Below, piece by piece: positions 9,850-21,193 of a stretch of DNA of 64,000 nt. A program made the translations under genes and the position numbers. Every line of letters begins with the position of its first letter. Position 1 is the stretch's first letter. This stretch comes from Oceanispirochaeta sp. (GTDB taxonomy: Bacteria; Spirochaetota; Spirochaetia; DSM-2461), in assembly GCA_963666275.2 (NCBI GenBank), contig CAXXOA010000002.1:1888001-1952000 (forward strand). The letters are read 5' to 3'. The notes below the pieces were generated by a model that had not been told where the DNA came from, ran no database searches, and was given only the letters and a program-made list of their open reading frames with translations.

Positions 9850-10875
9850 ATGAAATCATCCCAGGTCACCATTAAGGATATTGCTGAGATTGCAGGGGTC
9901 AGTTTCTCTACAGTCTCCCGTTCTCTGAATAACAGCGGACAGGTCTCGGAAAAAACAAGAACACGAATCTGTAAAATAGCCGAAGACCTGGGATTTGAAT
10001 TCAATGCCGGAGCCAGAAGTATGATCACCAGCCGTTCAGGAACGGTTGGGATCGTTCTTCCCGAACAGTATACCCTGATTAATGTCAATGTGTATCACGG
10101 CATGCTTATGAACAGTTTGAGAACCTATCTTGAAAAAGCGGATATGGATCTTATCGTGACCTACCAGAAAAATCATTTCAACCAGAACAATAATATTAAA
10201 AGACTCATCACAAGAAAGAAAATCGACGGACTGATTCTGCTGGAGGAGTTCATCGAGGAAGAGACTCTGTCCTTTCTGAAAGCCAGGAATTTTCCCTTTG
10301 TCTGCATCCACTATCCTCCGTCTCCTCTTGTAAAAGATGAAGAGGTGGTGTTTACGGATCATTACACCGGGGGCGTCCTGGTGGCGGAACATCTTCTCAG
10401 TCTGGGAAAGACATCCTTTCTTCTGCTGACAGAAGGAGATCCCCATCAGGAGTTTGTGCTCCGGGAGAGGGGATTTACCGAGACTGTCAATAAAGCGGGG
10501 TACAGGTTTAAACGTCTTGTAGCGCATTTGAACTATCATGATGCGGTGGATCTGATGAGGGAGAATATCCGCTTCGCCAGAGGTGCCGATGCGATCTTTG
10601 CTATAAATGACCTGATGGCTATGGGAGCCATGACAGTACTCAGGGACGAGGGATACAGGATCCCCGAGGATATTGCCGTGGTGGGATACGATGATTCCGA
10701 GTTCGCCCGGTACAGTTCTCCCACTCTGACATCGATTCATCAGCCCCGGGAAGAGCTGGCTCATATCTCCTGTGACAGGCTTTTTATGCAGATGGAAAAA
10801 CAGAGACAGAAAGAGCAATACTATAAAAAACGAATCAGTATTCAACCTGTCCTGATAAAAAGAGAGTCAACCTGA
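9850..10875 (+). CDS. LacI family transcriptional regulator
   Basis: TIKDIAEIAGVSFSTVSRSL HTH; IPEDIAVVGYDD, PTLTSIHQP. Confidence 0.95.
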   Translation: MKSSQVTIKDIAEIAGVSFSTVSRSLNNSGQVSEKTRTRICKIAEDLGFEFNAGARSMITSRSGTVGIVLPEQYTLINVNVYHGMLMNSLRTYLEKADMDLIVTYQKNHFNQNNNIKRLITRKKIDGLILLEEFIEEETLSFLKARNFPFVCIHYPPSPLVKDEEVVFTDHYTGGVLVAEHLLSLGKTSFLLLTEGDPHQEFVLRERGFTETVNKAGYRFKRLVAHLNYHDAVDLMRENIRFARGADAIFAINDLMAMGAMTVLRDEGYRIPEDIAVVGYDDSEFARYSSPTLTSIHQPREELAHISCDRLFMQMEKQRQKEQYYKKRISIQPVLIKREST

Positions 10876-10913
10876 AGGCGGGTGACCGGACTTGAAATCT
10901 CTGAATCTTCTGC

Positions 10914-10945
10914 TTGAATGTCAGACAATATTATGTTAGGATAAT
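10914..10945 (+). promoter_or_regulatory. Candidate iolBDE promoter with overlapping GntR-type box
   Basis: TTGAAT 10914, 17 bp, TAGGAT 10937; aTGTCAGACAa at 10918-10928 lies in the spacer. Confidence 0.45.
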
Positions 10946-10967
10946 AGTCACTCCAAGGAGGTTTGAT

Positions 10968-11786
10968 TTGGTAGAAAGACGACATGATAATATAGAATCC
11001 GGTTATATCTCCATAACCGAGGAAGAGGGAAAAAACTCAGAGATGCTTCTGGATTTCGGGCTCCTCAAGCTGAAAGCCGGAGAGTCCTGGAGCAGTGATG
11101 ATTCCCGCAGGGAAAGAGCCTTTAACCTGATACAGGGAACAGTCACATTCGAATGGGAAGGACACAGTGAAACTGTGACAAGAACATCCTGTTTTGATGA
11201 AGCCCCCTTTGTACTTCACGTGGCAAAAGGGGTAAACGTGATACTCTCTGCCGGAACGGAAGCGGAACTGGCCGTGGAAGCCAAGAAAAACGAAACAGAT
11301 TTCCCTTCCAAATTTTACAGGCAGGAAGATATACGCAGCGATATATTCGGCGGCGGAATCATGAATGATACAGCAAAGCGGACTGTCCGTACTGTATTTG
11401 ACGGAGAAATAGCCCCCTATTCCAATATGGTTATGGGAGAGGTTATCAATCATCCGGGAAAATGGTCCAGCTACCCCCCTCATCACCATCCTCAGCCTGA
11501 GATCTATCACTACAGGCATTTTCCTCAGGAGGGATTCGGCGTCTCTCTGATCGACGAGGATCCTTTCTATGTGAAAAACGGCGATACCACCCTGATTCCG
11601 GGAGGGAAAACCCACTCTCAGGTTGCCGGTGCCGGGTATGCCATGTTCTATATCTGGATGATCCCTCATCTGGAAGGAGACCGTTGGCTGCCAACAACAC
11701 GCTATTTTGTAAAAGAACATGAATGGCTCAAAGAGCCGGGCGTAAAAATTTGGCCCGAATTGAAATACGGGGAGGAACATAAATAA
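10968..11786 (+). CDS. iolB: 5-deoxy-glucuronate isomerase
   Basis: [20 protein letters not shown] cupin motif. SD AAGGAGG then TTG at 10968. Confidence 0.9.
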   Translation: MVERRHDNIESGYISITEEEGKNSEMLLDFGLLKLKAGESWSSDDSRRERAFNLIQGTVTFEWEGHSETVTRTSCFDEAPFVLHVAKGVNVILSAGTEAELAVEAKKNETDFPSKFYRQEDIRSDIFGGGIMNDTAKRTVRTVFDGEIAPYSNMVMGEVINHPGKWSSYPPHHHPQPEIYHYRHFPQEGFGVSLIDEDPFYVKNGDTTLIPGGKTHSQVAGAGYAMFYIWMIPHLEGDRWLPTTRYFVKEHEWLKEPGVKIWPELKYGEEHK

Positions 11787-13720
11787 TGGGAACAACCAGA
11801 ATGACAGTCGCTCAGGCGCTTGTGAAATTTCTGAATCAGCAGTATCTGGAATTCGACGGAGAAGTCCATCCTTTTGTTGAAGGTATCTTCACAGTTTTCG
11901 GCCATGGAAACGTGGTCGGTCTGGGACAGGCTCTTGAAGAGGATCCCGGACATCTTAAAGTTCACCAGGGACGGAATGAACAGGGAATGGCTCATGCCGC
12001 TATGGGTTTTGCCAAACAGAATCACAGGCGGAAAATCTATGCGGCCACCTCGTCTGTCGGGCCCGGTGCCGCCAATATGGTGACTGCGGCGGCAACGGCA
12101 ACTGCCAATAGAATTCCCGTTCTCCTGCTTCCGGGCGATACCTATGCCACAAGACAGCCTGATCCGGTTCTGCAGCAGATGGAACAGTTTCACGATCTGA
12201 CACTTACGACAAATGATGCCTTCCGTGCTGTTTGTAAATACTGGGACAGAATCAACCGGCCGGAGCAGCTTATGAGTGCCATGATAAGCGCCATGAGAAC
12301 CCTGACTGATCCGGCAATGACAGGAGCCGTTGCCGTCTGTCTTCCCCAGGATGTTCAAGGTGAGGCTTACGACTACCCGGATTACTTCTTTCAGAAACGG
12401 ATTCACCGGCTGGAAAGAACGGCACCCACTGAAGCTATGGTAGCCGAAGCGGTGGCTTTGATCAAAAAGAAGAAAAAGCCCATGCTTATATGCGGCGGCG
12501 GGGTAAGATACTCAGAGGCCGGTCAGGAGCTGATCAAATTCGCCGAAGAGTTCAATATTCCCTATGCCGAAACCCAGGCCGGCAAGAGCGCCACCCTCTA
12601 TTCCCATCCCCTGAATATCGGAGGAGTCGGAACAACAGGTTGTCTGGCGGCCAATACTCTGGGACAGGAGACCGATCTTGTTATCGGTGTGGGTACCAGA
12701 TACACAGACTTTACCACCGCTTCCAAATGGCTCTATCAGAATCCCGATGTGGATTACGTGAACATCAATATTGCCTCTTTCGACTCCTATAAAATGGATG
12801 CCGTCCGGGTAACCGCCGATGCGAAAGCCGCCCTGGCAGCCATCAGGGAAGCCCTGGTGAAAGAGGGATATAAATCATCCTATACCACTGAAATCAAAGC
12901 GGCCAAAGAGGAGTGGGACAAAGAGCTGGACCGTCTTTTCCATCTGGAATACACAGGTCCCGGATTCAGTCCTGAGATCAAAGACAGCCTGACCGATGCT
13001 CTGGAGGAGTACAGTCAGTTCCTGGGGACAAAACTCACTCAGACCAGAGTCCTGGGGATCCTTGACGAAATTATGGAAGACAGTGATATCTGCGTTGGCG
13101 CCTCCGGTTCCCTTCCCGGTGACCTGCAGCGGGTCTTCCGGGCAAAAAGCGAACGGTCCTATCATATGGAGTACGGCTACTCCTGTATGGGTTACGAGAT
13201 CAACGCGGCTCTGGGAGCCAAAATGGCAGAGCCCGGAAGAGAAGTCTATACCTATGTGGGAGACGGTTCTTTTATGATGCTCCACTCAGAGCTTGTCACT
13301 TCTCTCCAGGAAGGTCTCAAAATCAACGTTGTTGTTTTTGACAACGTGGAATTCGGCTGCATCAACAATCTGCAGCAGGAGAGAGGACAGGGCAGCTTCG
13401 GAACAGAGATGAGGAAGCGGAACCCCGCTTCGGGAAAACTGGACGGTGAACTGGTTTACGTGGATTTTGCCAAAATCGGTGAAGGCTACGGCTGTAAAAC
13501 CTATACTGTAAAAAATGAAGAAGAGCTGAGAGCCGCTGTGGAAGATGCAAAAAAGCAGACTGTATCGACTGTTATCGACATTAAAGTTCTGCCTAAAACC
13601 ATGACAGACGGTTACAAGGGATTCTGGAGATGCGGTCAGGCCGAAGTGGCGAAAAAAGCTTCTGTTGTGGAAGAAACCCGCAATATGAAAGAAGAGCTTA
13701 AAAAAGCAAGACAGTACTGA
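11786..13720 (+). CDS. iolD: THcHDO hydrolase (TPP-dependent)
   Basis: [58 protein letters not shown]. Confidence 0.97.
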   Translation: MGTTRMTVAQALVKFLNQQYLEFDGEVHPFVEGIFTVFGHGNVVGLGQALEEDPGHLKVHQGRNEQGMAHAAMGFAKQNHRRKIYAATSSVGPGAANMVTAAATATANRIPVLLLPGDTYATRQPDPVLQQMEQFHDLTLTTNDAFRAVCKYWDRINRPEQLMSAMISAMRTLTDPAMTGAVAVCLPQDVQGEAYDYPDYFFQKRIHRLERTAPTEAMVAEAVALIKKKKKPMLICGGGVRYSEAGQELIKFAEEFNIPYAETQAGKSATLYSHPLNIGGVGTTGCLAANTLGQETDLVIGVGTRYTDFTTASKWLYQNPDVDYVNINIASFDSYKMDAVRVTADAKAALAAIREALVKEGYKSSYTTEIKAAKEEWDKELDRLFHLEYTGPGFSPEIKDSLTDALEEYSQFLGTKLTQTRVLGILDEIMEDSDICVGASGSLPGDLQRVFRAKSERSYHMEYGYSCMGYEINAALGAKMAEPGREVYTYVGDGSFMMLHSELVTSLQEGLKINVVVFDNVEFGCINNLQQERGQGSFGTEMRKRNPASGKLDGELVYVDFAKIGEGYGCKTYTVKNEEELRAAVEDAKKQTVSTVIDIKVLPKTMTDGYKGFWRCGQAEVAKKASVVEETRNMKEELKKARQY

Positions 13721-13740
13721 TTCGACTGTGAAGCAGCAAT

Positions 13741-13770
13741 TTTCCTGAAGAGACCTGTCTCTTCAGGAAA
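13741..13770. other. Perfect intergenic inverted repeat between iolD and iolE
   Basis: TTTCCTGAAGAGAC-ct-GTCTCTTCAGGAAA. Confidence 0.7.
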
Positions 13771-13793
13771 TTTAACGTAAAAAGAGGATAAAA

Positions 13794-14687
13794 ATGAATA
13801 AGCAGAATGTTAAACTCGGTATGGCCCCTATCGGCTGGACCAATGACGACATGCCCGATCTCGGGTCGGAAAACACCTTTCAGCAGTGTGTGAGTGAAAT
13901 GGCTCTGGCCGGATATACCGGTTCCGAAGTAGGAAGCAAATACCCCAAAGATCCTGCCGTACTCAAGGAATACCTGGATATCCGGGGCATTCAGATCTGT
14001 AACCAGTGGTTCAGTTCCTTTCTCTGCTCTCAGCCCTATGAACAGGTGGAAAAGGATTTCCGCTCTCAGCTGACATTCCTGAAAGCTCTGGGAGCTGATG
14101 TGATCGGACCCTCCGAACAGACCCGCTCCTGCCAGGGACAGCTGGATGTCTCTGTATTTTCAGGAAAGGCCATGTTTTCTGACGAAGAGTTTAAAAAGCT
14201 GACACAGGGCATGAACAAGCTGGGACATATTGCGAAAGAAGAGGGTATGAAACTGGCTTTCCATCACCATATGGGGACAGGAGTACAGACTATTGAAGAA
14301 ACGGAACGTTTTCTCAATGACACTGATCCGGACAAGGTTTACCTTCTCTTCGATTCAGGCCACTTTGCCTTTTCTCAGGAAGATCCCATTGCGGCTCTGA
14401 AAAAGTTTATCTCCCGGGTGGGCCATGTCCATCTGAAAGATATGCGGGGCGAAGTCTATAAAAAGGTTAAAGCGGCAGACAGCTCCTTCCTGGACGCCGT
14501 ACGGGCCGGTGTATTCACAGTTCCCGGTGACGGCGATGTGGATTTCCCCTCGATCTTTAAAATCCTGGATGAGAATAACTACAAAGGCTGGATGGTTGTA
14601 GAGGCTGAACAGGATCCTGCCAAGGCGAATCCTTTCAAATACTCCAAAATGGCCCGCGGTTATATCCGCGAGTTTGCCGGAATCTGA
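13794..14687 (+). CDS. iolE: Myo-inosose-2 dehydratase
   Basis: APIGWTNDDMPDLG, FHHHMGT, HVHLKD, FTVPGDG, GWMVVEAEQDP. Confidence 0.97.
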   Translation: MNKQNVKLGMAPIGWTNDDMPDLGSENTFQQCVSEMALAGYTGSEVGSKYPKDPAVLKEYLDIRGIQICNQWFSSFLCSQPYEQVEKDFRSQLTFLKALGADVIGPSEQTRSCQGQLDVSVFSGKAMFSDEEFKKLTQGMNKLGHIAKEEGMKLAFHHHMGTGVQTIEETERFLNDTDPDKVYLLFDSGHFAFSQEDPIAALKKFISRVGHVHLKDMRGEVYKKVKAADSSFLDAVRAGVFTVPGDGDVDFPSIFKILDENNYKGWMVVEAEQDPAKANPFKYSKMARGYIREFAGI

Positions 14688-14720
14688 CAGACAAAGACAT
14701 TTTTTTCATATAACTCCTTC

Positions 14721-14753
14721 GGATCCTCCTGTGCTCAGGGGGATCCTTTTTTA
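14721..14753 (+). terminator. Rho-independent terminator of the iol operon
   Basis: GGATCCTCCTG-tgct-CAGGGGGATCC followed by TTTTTT. Confidence 0.8.
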
Positions 14754-14950
14754 TACCCCGGGAGAGACTTTTCTCTAGAATGGGGGATTATAGGAAAAAA
14801 CCCTTTTAAATCTACGAAAAAAGAAAAAATGTATAATAATATGAATGAAAACGTAAATCAGGCCCCTGTCCGTTACTAATTTCCTTGCAATCCCTATAAG
14901 CTGTGTTATAGTTCAAAAGAGAGGACAATCCCTGTACCGGAGGTACCTGA

Positions 14951-17881
14951 TTGAATCCCGATGATCTGAACTATTACTATAACCGCTTCAAATTCGGTGA
15001 AGACAATTTTCATAATCTCATGTCCTTCCGGATCCGTAAAATCCTTCTGGTTGCGACTTTCTACGATGCCTACACTATTGAACATGACGGACGGCTTACA
15101 GAGCAGATAACGGGTGACTATTTTCGACTGAACCTGACAACTGTTCCCAGGATCAGCAGCGTTCCCTCGGGAGAAGCCGCACTGGAACTTCTGAAGGAGG
15201 AGCATTTTGATCTAGTCATTACCACCCTGCGGACAGGAACCACTGATCCCTTTGATCTGTCCGGAGAGATCCATGCCCTCCTTCCGGAGATCCCCATACT
15301 TCTGCTTCTGACTGTCAAAAGTGATATGGAATTTGTAAGAAAAAACAGTTCCCGCATGAACCATATCGAAAATGTCTATCTCTGGAACGGCGACTCCCGC
15401 CTTTTTGTGGCCATGATTAAAAATGTGGAGGACCGCCGGAATGCGGATTTTGATACGGAACACGGTTTTGTCAGGGTGATCCTGCTGGTGGAGGATTCGG
15501 TGGACTTCTACTCCCGTTATCTCCCTCTCATTTATCAGGAGATTATGGAGCAGACCCAGAAGCTGATCAGGGAAGAGCTCAATGACAATCTCAAATACCA
15601 CCTGATGCGGACCCGTCCGAAAATACTGCTTGTCAACTCCTACGAGCAGGCTCTGGAAATGAGCCGGCGCTTTGCTCCCTACCTGCTGGCAGTGCTTTCG
15701 GACGTCCGGTTTTACAGAAAAGGTGTGATAGATCCGGAGGCGGGGATTCATCTTATCAGGCAGCTCAAAACAGAGTTTGCCGATGTCCCCATGCTGCTCC
15801 AGTCATCCACGGACATGACCTCCCGGGCGACGGGGAAACTGGGAGTGGAGTTTGTTAACAAACACAGTGTCGACCTGCTGGCCAGGCTGCGCCGGTTTAT
15901 CGTCACCAGACTGGGGTTCGGAGACTTTATATTCAGGGACAGCCGGGGCAGGGAGATTGCCAAGGCCTCCTCGCTGGCGCAGATGGAGGAGGTTATCCTT
16001 CAGGTTCCTATTGAATCGATTGTTCACCATGCCGGTCTGAATCACTTTTCCGCCTGGCTTGTCGCCCATGGGGAATTTCAGGTCGCCAGGAATCTCCGTC
16101 CCGTGAAGGTCAGTGATTTTTCTCATCCCGAAGATCACAGAAGCTATCTTATCAAGGCCTTTCAGGAAGCCCGGGCAAACCGGCTCAGAGGAAACATCGT
16201 TGAGTTTGACCCCTCTGTGGTGAGGGCCCGGGAAACAGTTCTCAGGCTGAGAGAAGGGTCTCTGGGAGGAAAGGGGAGGGGACTGGCCTTCTGTAACGCC
16301 CTTCTTGTGAGCACCGAACTGAACCGGGATTTCGACAGTGCGGAAATACGGATCCCCCGGACGATGATCCTGGGAACCGATGAATACGATGAGTTTCTGG
16401 AGAAGAATCATATACTCAGACGGATAGAGGGGCAGACAGACGAGAGGATCTTTCAGATCTTTTCTGAAGGCAGGCTCAATCCCGGGACGGAGAAATCCCT
16501 GGAGGAGTATCTTGCCATTGTGACAACCCCCCTGGCTGTAAGATCATCCTCTCTGCTGGAAGATTCCCATGCCCAGCCCTTTGCGGGTGTCTATGATACG
16601 GTGATGATCCCCAACAGCAGCTCCGATCTGTCTGTGAGAAAACAGAATCTCTGCCAGGGGATCAAACAGGTCTATGCGTCTGTCTTCCGCAGGGAGACCC
16701 GTCAGTTTATTGCCAGCCACGGGTACAGGCAGGATGAGGAGAAAATGGGTGTTCTGATCCAGGAACTGACGGGGCAGAACCGGGGGGACCGTTTTTATCC
16801 CCATATTTCAGGTGTTGCCCAGTCTTTCAACTACTATCCTCCCCAGGGGCTCAGTCACCAGCATCCCATTGCCAGTCTGGCTGTGGGGCTGGGAAAGACA
16901 GTCGTTGAAGGGGGTCGGGTATTCCGCTACTGTCCCTCCCGTCCTGAGATCCCCTGTCAGACTCCGGATGAAATCATCAGATATACCCAGACGGATTTCT
17001 ATGCCCTGAATACAAGAGACGGGCGCATTGAGAACCTGAGAATCTCCCAGGCGGAATCGGAGGGTGTCCTGAAACATCTGGCTTCGGTCGTGCATGAGGG
17101 GCATCTGGAGGAGGGCCTTTTTTACGCAGGGCCCCGGGTGGTGAACTTTCCCGATATCGTCAGATATGAATCCTTTCCTCTCAGTGCGATTCTCAAGGCT
17201 CTCCTGATCCTGCTGGAAAGGGCTCTGGGCTGCCCGGCGGAAATAGAGTTTGCCGTTGATTTGGATGGGATACCCCTTCCTGTTTTTTCCCTTCTGCAGG
17301 TGCGGCCCATGACCTCTTCGGTGGGGATCAACGGCAGGACAATCTCTCCTGAGGACATTGAAAAAGCCCTTATCTACTCTGAAAACAGTCTGGGACACGG
17401 ACTCAGGGAGGATCTTAGTGACCTGATCTATATCCCCCCCGGACGGTTTGACAAAACCCGGACCAGGGAAATACGGGATGAACTGAAAGAGATCAACGAA
17501 AGGATGAAAGAGCAGGAGCGGAAATATATTCTGCTTGGTCCGGGCCGCTGGGGTTCGGCGGACCGTTTTCTGGGAGTTCCTGTGACCTGGCCCCAGATCG
17601 ACCAGGCCGCTGTGATCGTGGAAGCGGCTGTGAAGGAACTGATGATTGAGCCCTCCCAGGGATCGCATTTTTTTCATAATCTCACAGCCGGAGGTGTGGG
17701 CTATCTGATGGTGAGGGAGGGCGACGGCCGCTCTGTTCTGAACTGGAAGCAGCTGGATTCTCTGCCGCTGGTCCGGGAGGGAGAGTTTATCAGGCATGTG
17801 AGAAGTGAGAGGCCCTTCAAAGTGGTTATGAACGGAAATAAGGGAAAAGCCCTGATTGGAATAGAAACAGAAAAGGAGTGA
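14951..17881 (+). CDS. Receiver-like domains fused to a PEP/pyruvate-binding (PEP synthase / PPDK N-terminal) domain
   Basis: Receiver-like segments (FDLVIT, ILLVED, VLSDVRF); GSLGGKGRGL, PLAVRSSSLLED..FAGVY, EIEFAV, LLQVRP; C-terminal GPGRWGS..QGSHFF. SD GGAGG, TTG start. Confidence 0.85.
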   Translation: MNPDDLNYYYNRFKFGEDNFHNLMSFRIRKILLVATFYDAYTIEHDGRLTEQITGDYFRLNLTTVPRISSVPSGEAALELLKEEHFDLVITTLRTGTTDPFDLSGEIHALLPEIPILLLLTVKSDMEFVRKNSSRMNHIENVYLWNGDSRLFVAMIKNVEDRRNADFDTEHGFVRVILLVEDSVDFYSRYLPLIYQEIMEQTQKLIREELNDNLKYHLMRTRPKILLVNSYEQALEMSRRFAPYLLAVLSDVRFYRKGVIDPEAGIHLIRQLKTEFADVPMLLQSSTDMTSRATGKLGVEFVNKHSVDLLARLRRFIVTRLGFGDFIFRDSRGREIAKASSLAQMEEVILQVPIESIVHHAGLNHFSAWLVAHGEFQVARNLRPVKVSDFSHPEDHRSYLIKAFQEARANRLRGNIVEFDPSVVRARETVLRLREGSLGGKGRGLAFCNALLVSTELNRDFDSAEIRIPRTMILGTDEYDEFLEKNHILRRIEGQTDERIFQIFSEGRLNPGTEKSLEEYLAIVTTPLAVRSSSLLEDSHAQPFAGVYDTVMIPNSSSDLSVRKQNLCQGIKQVYASVFRRETRQFIASHGYRQDEEKMGVLIQELTGQNRGDRFYPHISGVAQSFNYYPPQGLSHQHPIASLAVGLGKTVVEGGRVFRYCPSRPEIPCQTPDEIIRYTQTDFYALNTRDGRIENLRISQAESEGVLKHLASVVHEGHLEEGLFYAGPRVVNFPDIVRYESFPLSAILKALLILLERALGCPAEIEFAVDLDGIPLPVFSLLQVRPMTSSVGINGRTISPEDIEKALIYSENSLGHGLREDLSDLIYIPPGRFDKTRTREIRDELKEINERMKEQERKYILLGPGRWGSADRFLGVPVTWPQIDQAAVIVEAAVKELMIEPSQGSHFFHNLTAGGVGYLMVREGDGRSVLNWKQLDSLPLVREGEFIRHVRSERPFKVVMNGNKGKALIGIETEKE

Positions 17882-19225
<1,344 letters not shown>

Positions 19226-19233
19226 GGTAAATT

Positions 19234-19264
19234 GAAAAAGGAGGCATTTACAGCCTCCTTTTTC
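19234..19264. terminator. Bidirectional terminator
   Basis: GAAAAAGGAGGC-atttaca-GCCTCCTTTTTC between convergent genes. Confidence 0.85.
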
Positions 19265-19293
19265 CTATTATTGTTCTAATATTTCCGGCAGTA

Positions 19294-19935
19294 TTAAAAA
19301 GAGATACCTATATTTTTCTGTTTATAGTCCCCCAGAAAAGACGTGTACATCTCTTTCCAGGTTTTTACCCGGAAAGTACCCTCCCGGGGATTCATCATGC
19401 GGCAGACATACAGAGGAGATCCCTCCCTGCCGGTCTCCCAGGTCTGCATGACCAGTCCGTCGGAGTGGTACTCTTCCCCCCGGTGTCCGCCGATGGTCGG
19501 CATTTTATCAAACACTTCAAAATGGAAGATCAGGACTATGTCGGGCTTCAGGGAATCCAGGAGTTCTTTGTATCTTTCCTGAGCCTCTTTCCACATCTGC
19601 CTTGAAGGCAGGCTGTAGGAGTCGGGCAGTATGCCCTGCAGGTACTGGTGGTAGGCTACGGAATTCCAGAATTTTTTCCTGTCCAGTTTGTACTTTCCGA
19701 AAGACTGTTTCCAGTGCTGCCGCTCCGAAACAATCGCTTCCAGGGCATTGAAGAAAAGGTCTTCCTTTCCGGTTTTAATGAGATATTTTATATACTCCTG
19801 AATGGATTTATTCTCATAGCGGGCATCGTAATAACTTCTTCCTACAAGAAGGATCCTTCTGTTTCCCCGGCTGCTGAAGGAACTGCCGATCCAGGGGGGA
19901 TAGTTGACCTGCTGTCTGAAAAGATTCTGCGGCAT
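19294..19935 (-). CDS. Hypothetical protein, possibly uracil-DNA glycosylase-like fold
   Basis: PWIG..ILLVGRSYY, FWNSVAYHQYLQ, LKPDIVL resemble UDG-like families. SD AGGAG before ATG 19935. Confidence 0.55.
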   Translation of the reverse strand: MPQNLFRQQVNYPPWIGSSFSSRGNRRILLVGRSYYDARYENKSIQEYIKYLIKTGKEDLFFNALEAIVSERQHWKQSFGKYKLDRKKFWNSVAYHQYLQGILPDSYSLPSRQMWKEAQERYKELLDSLKPDIVLIFHFEVFDKMPTIGGHRGEEYHSDGLVMQTWETGREGSPLYVCRMMNPREGTFRVKTWKEMYTSFLGDYKQKNIGISF

Positions 19936-20056
19936 ATACCACTCTCCTGCTGATGTAAATTCTAATACCGGAGAAAGATATGTCAATAAAAAAAAAGAAA
20001 AGAGAGAACCTGCTCTTTTTTTCAGATTCCCTCTTCAAAAGAGTGTCAGGAGAAAA

Positions 20057-20461
20057 TCAGGATTTCTGACCGGTGATCCAGAGAGCCAGCAGAATCACAG
20101 CCTGAGTGGTAAAGCCGGACAGCCATTTCAGGAAGTCAGGTTCAAAGAGATCAGCCATGATAAAATTCATGACGATGCTTATGAGCCAGACCAGGCAGAT
20201 CAGGATATGCAGAATCCTGAAAAGATTGCCGGGGATCGCTCCGACCAGGTCAATGAGCATGATAATTCCCGCCGTGATCTGAATGATCCCGAATATAACG
20301 GGAAATACATTATTGGACCGGCCGAAAACTTTATTGACTCCTCTGAGCAGTTCCGCTCCGCTGCTGTTGTATCCCTGAATGGCCAGTAGACCGTAGGAGA
20401 GAAGCATCAGAGCCAGAACAATCTGAAGAATGAACAGACTGGATATATCATTTTTTTTCAC
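20057..20461 (-). CDS. Small four-helix membrane protein
   Basis: Four hydrophobic segments. SD AGGAGG, GTG start. Confidence 0.75.
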   Translation of the reverse strand: MKKNDISSLFILQIVLALMLLSYGLLAIQGYNSSGAELLRGVNKVFGRSNNVFPVIFGIIQITAGIIMLIDLVGAIPGNLFRILHILICLVWLISIVMNFIMADLFEPDFLKWLSGFTTQAVILLALWITGQKS

Positions 20462-20572
20462 TAAAATCCTCCTTGGATTTGTTTATTCAGTATAGTTCAT
20501 CCTTCCGGGGAAAACAAAACTTCCATGGACGATTCCCGATACAATGACTATATTAAAACTGGAGGTACAGGA

Positions 20573-21184
20573 ATGAAAAAAGGAACGAAGACGGGATTAA
20601 TCATTCTGGTTGTTCTTGCTGTTCTGGGAATGATGATTTTTTCCTCTTTTTCCCGGACATATAATGCTATGGTTACTCTGGATGAAGGGGTAAAAGAGAA
20701 ATGGAGTCAGGTAGAGAATGTCTACCAGCGAAGGATGGATCTTATTCCCAATCTGGTGGAAACCGTCAAAGGGTATGCCTCTCATGAGGAGGATACCTTC
20801 ACGCAGATTGCCGAAGCTCGGGCCAAGGCGGGGGGAACAATGCAGATCTCCGATGAAGTCCTGAACAATCCGGAAAGTTTTCAGCGTTTTCAGCAGGCTC
20901 AGAGTGAACTGGGCAGTGCTCTCCAGAGACTCCTTGTGGTCAGTGAAAACTATCCCCAGTTGAAGGCGGATCAGAATTTCCTGGCTCTCCAGGATCAGCT
21001 TGAAGGGACAGAAAACAGGATTACTGTGGAACGTCAGCGGTTTAACGAAGCTGTACGAGCCTACAACACCTTTATAAAACAGTTTCCCCGGGTTTTTATT
21101 GCCAATATGGCGGGATTCAGGGAGAAAAACTATTTTCAGGCATCTGCCGGGGCCGAACAGGCGCCGTCTGTCTCTTTTGATTAG
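20573..21184 (+). CDS. lemA: LemA family protein
   Basis: WSQVENVYQRRMDLIPNLV, ENYPQLKADQNF, QLEGTENRI. Confidence 0.95.
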   Translation: MKKGTKTGLIILVVLAVLGMMIFSSFSRTYNAMVTLDEGVKEKWSQVENVYQRRMDLIPNLVETVKGYASHEEDTFTQIAEARAKAGGTMQISDEVLNNPESFQRFQQAQSELGSALQRLLVVSENYPQLKADQNFLALQDQLEGTENRITVERQRFNEAVRAYNTFIKQFPRVFIANMAGFREKNYFQASAGAEQAPSVSFD

Positions 21185-21193
21185 GATGGAAAT

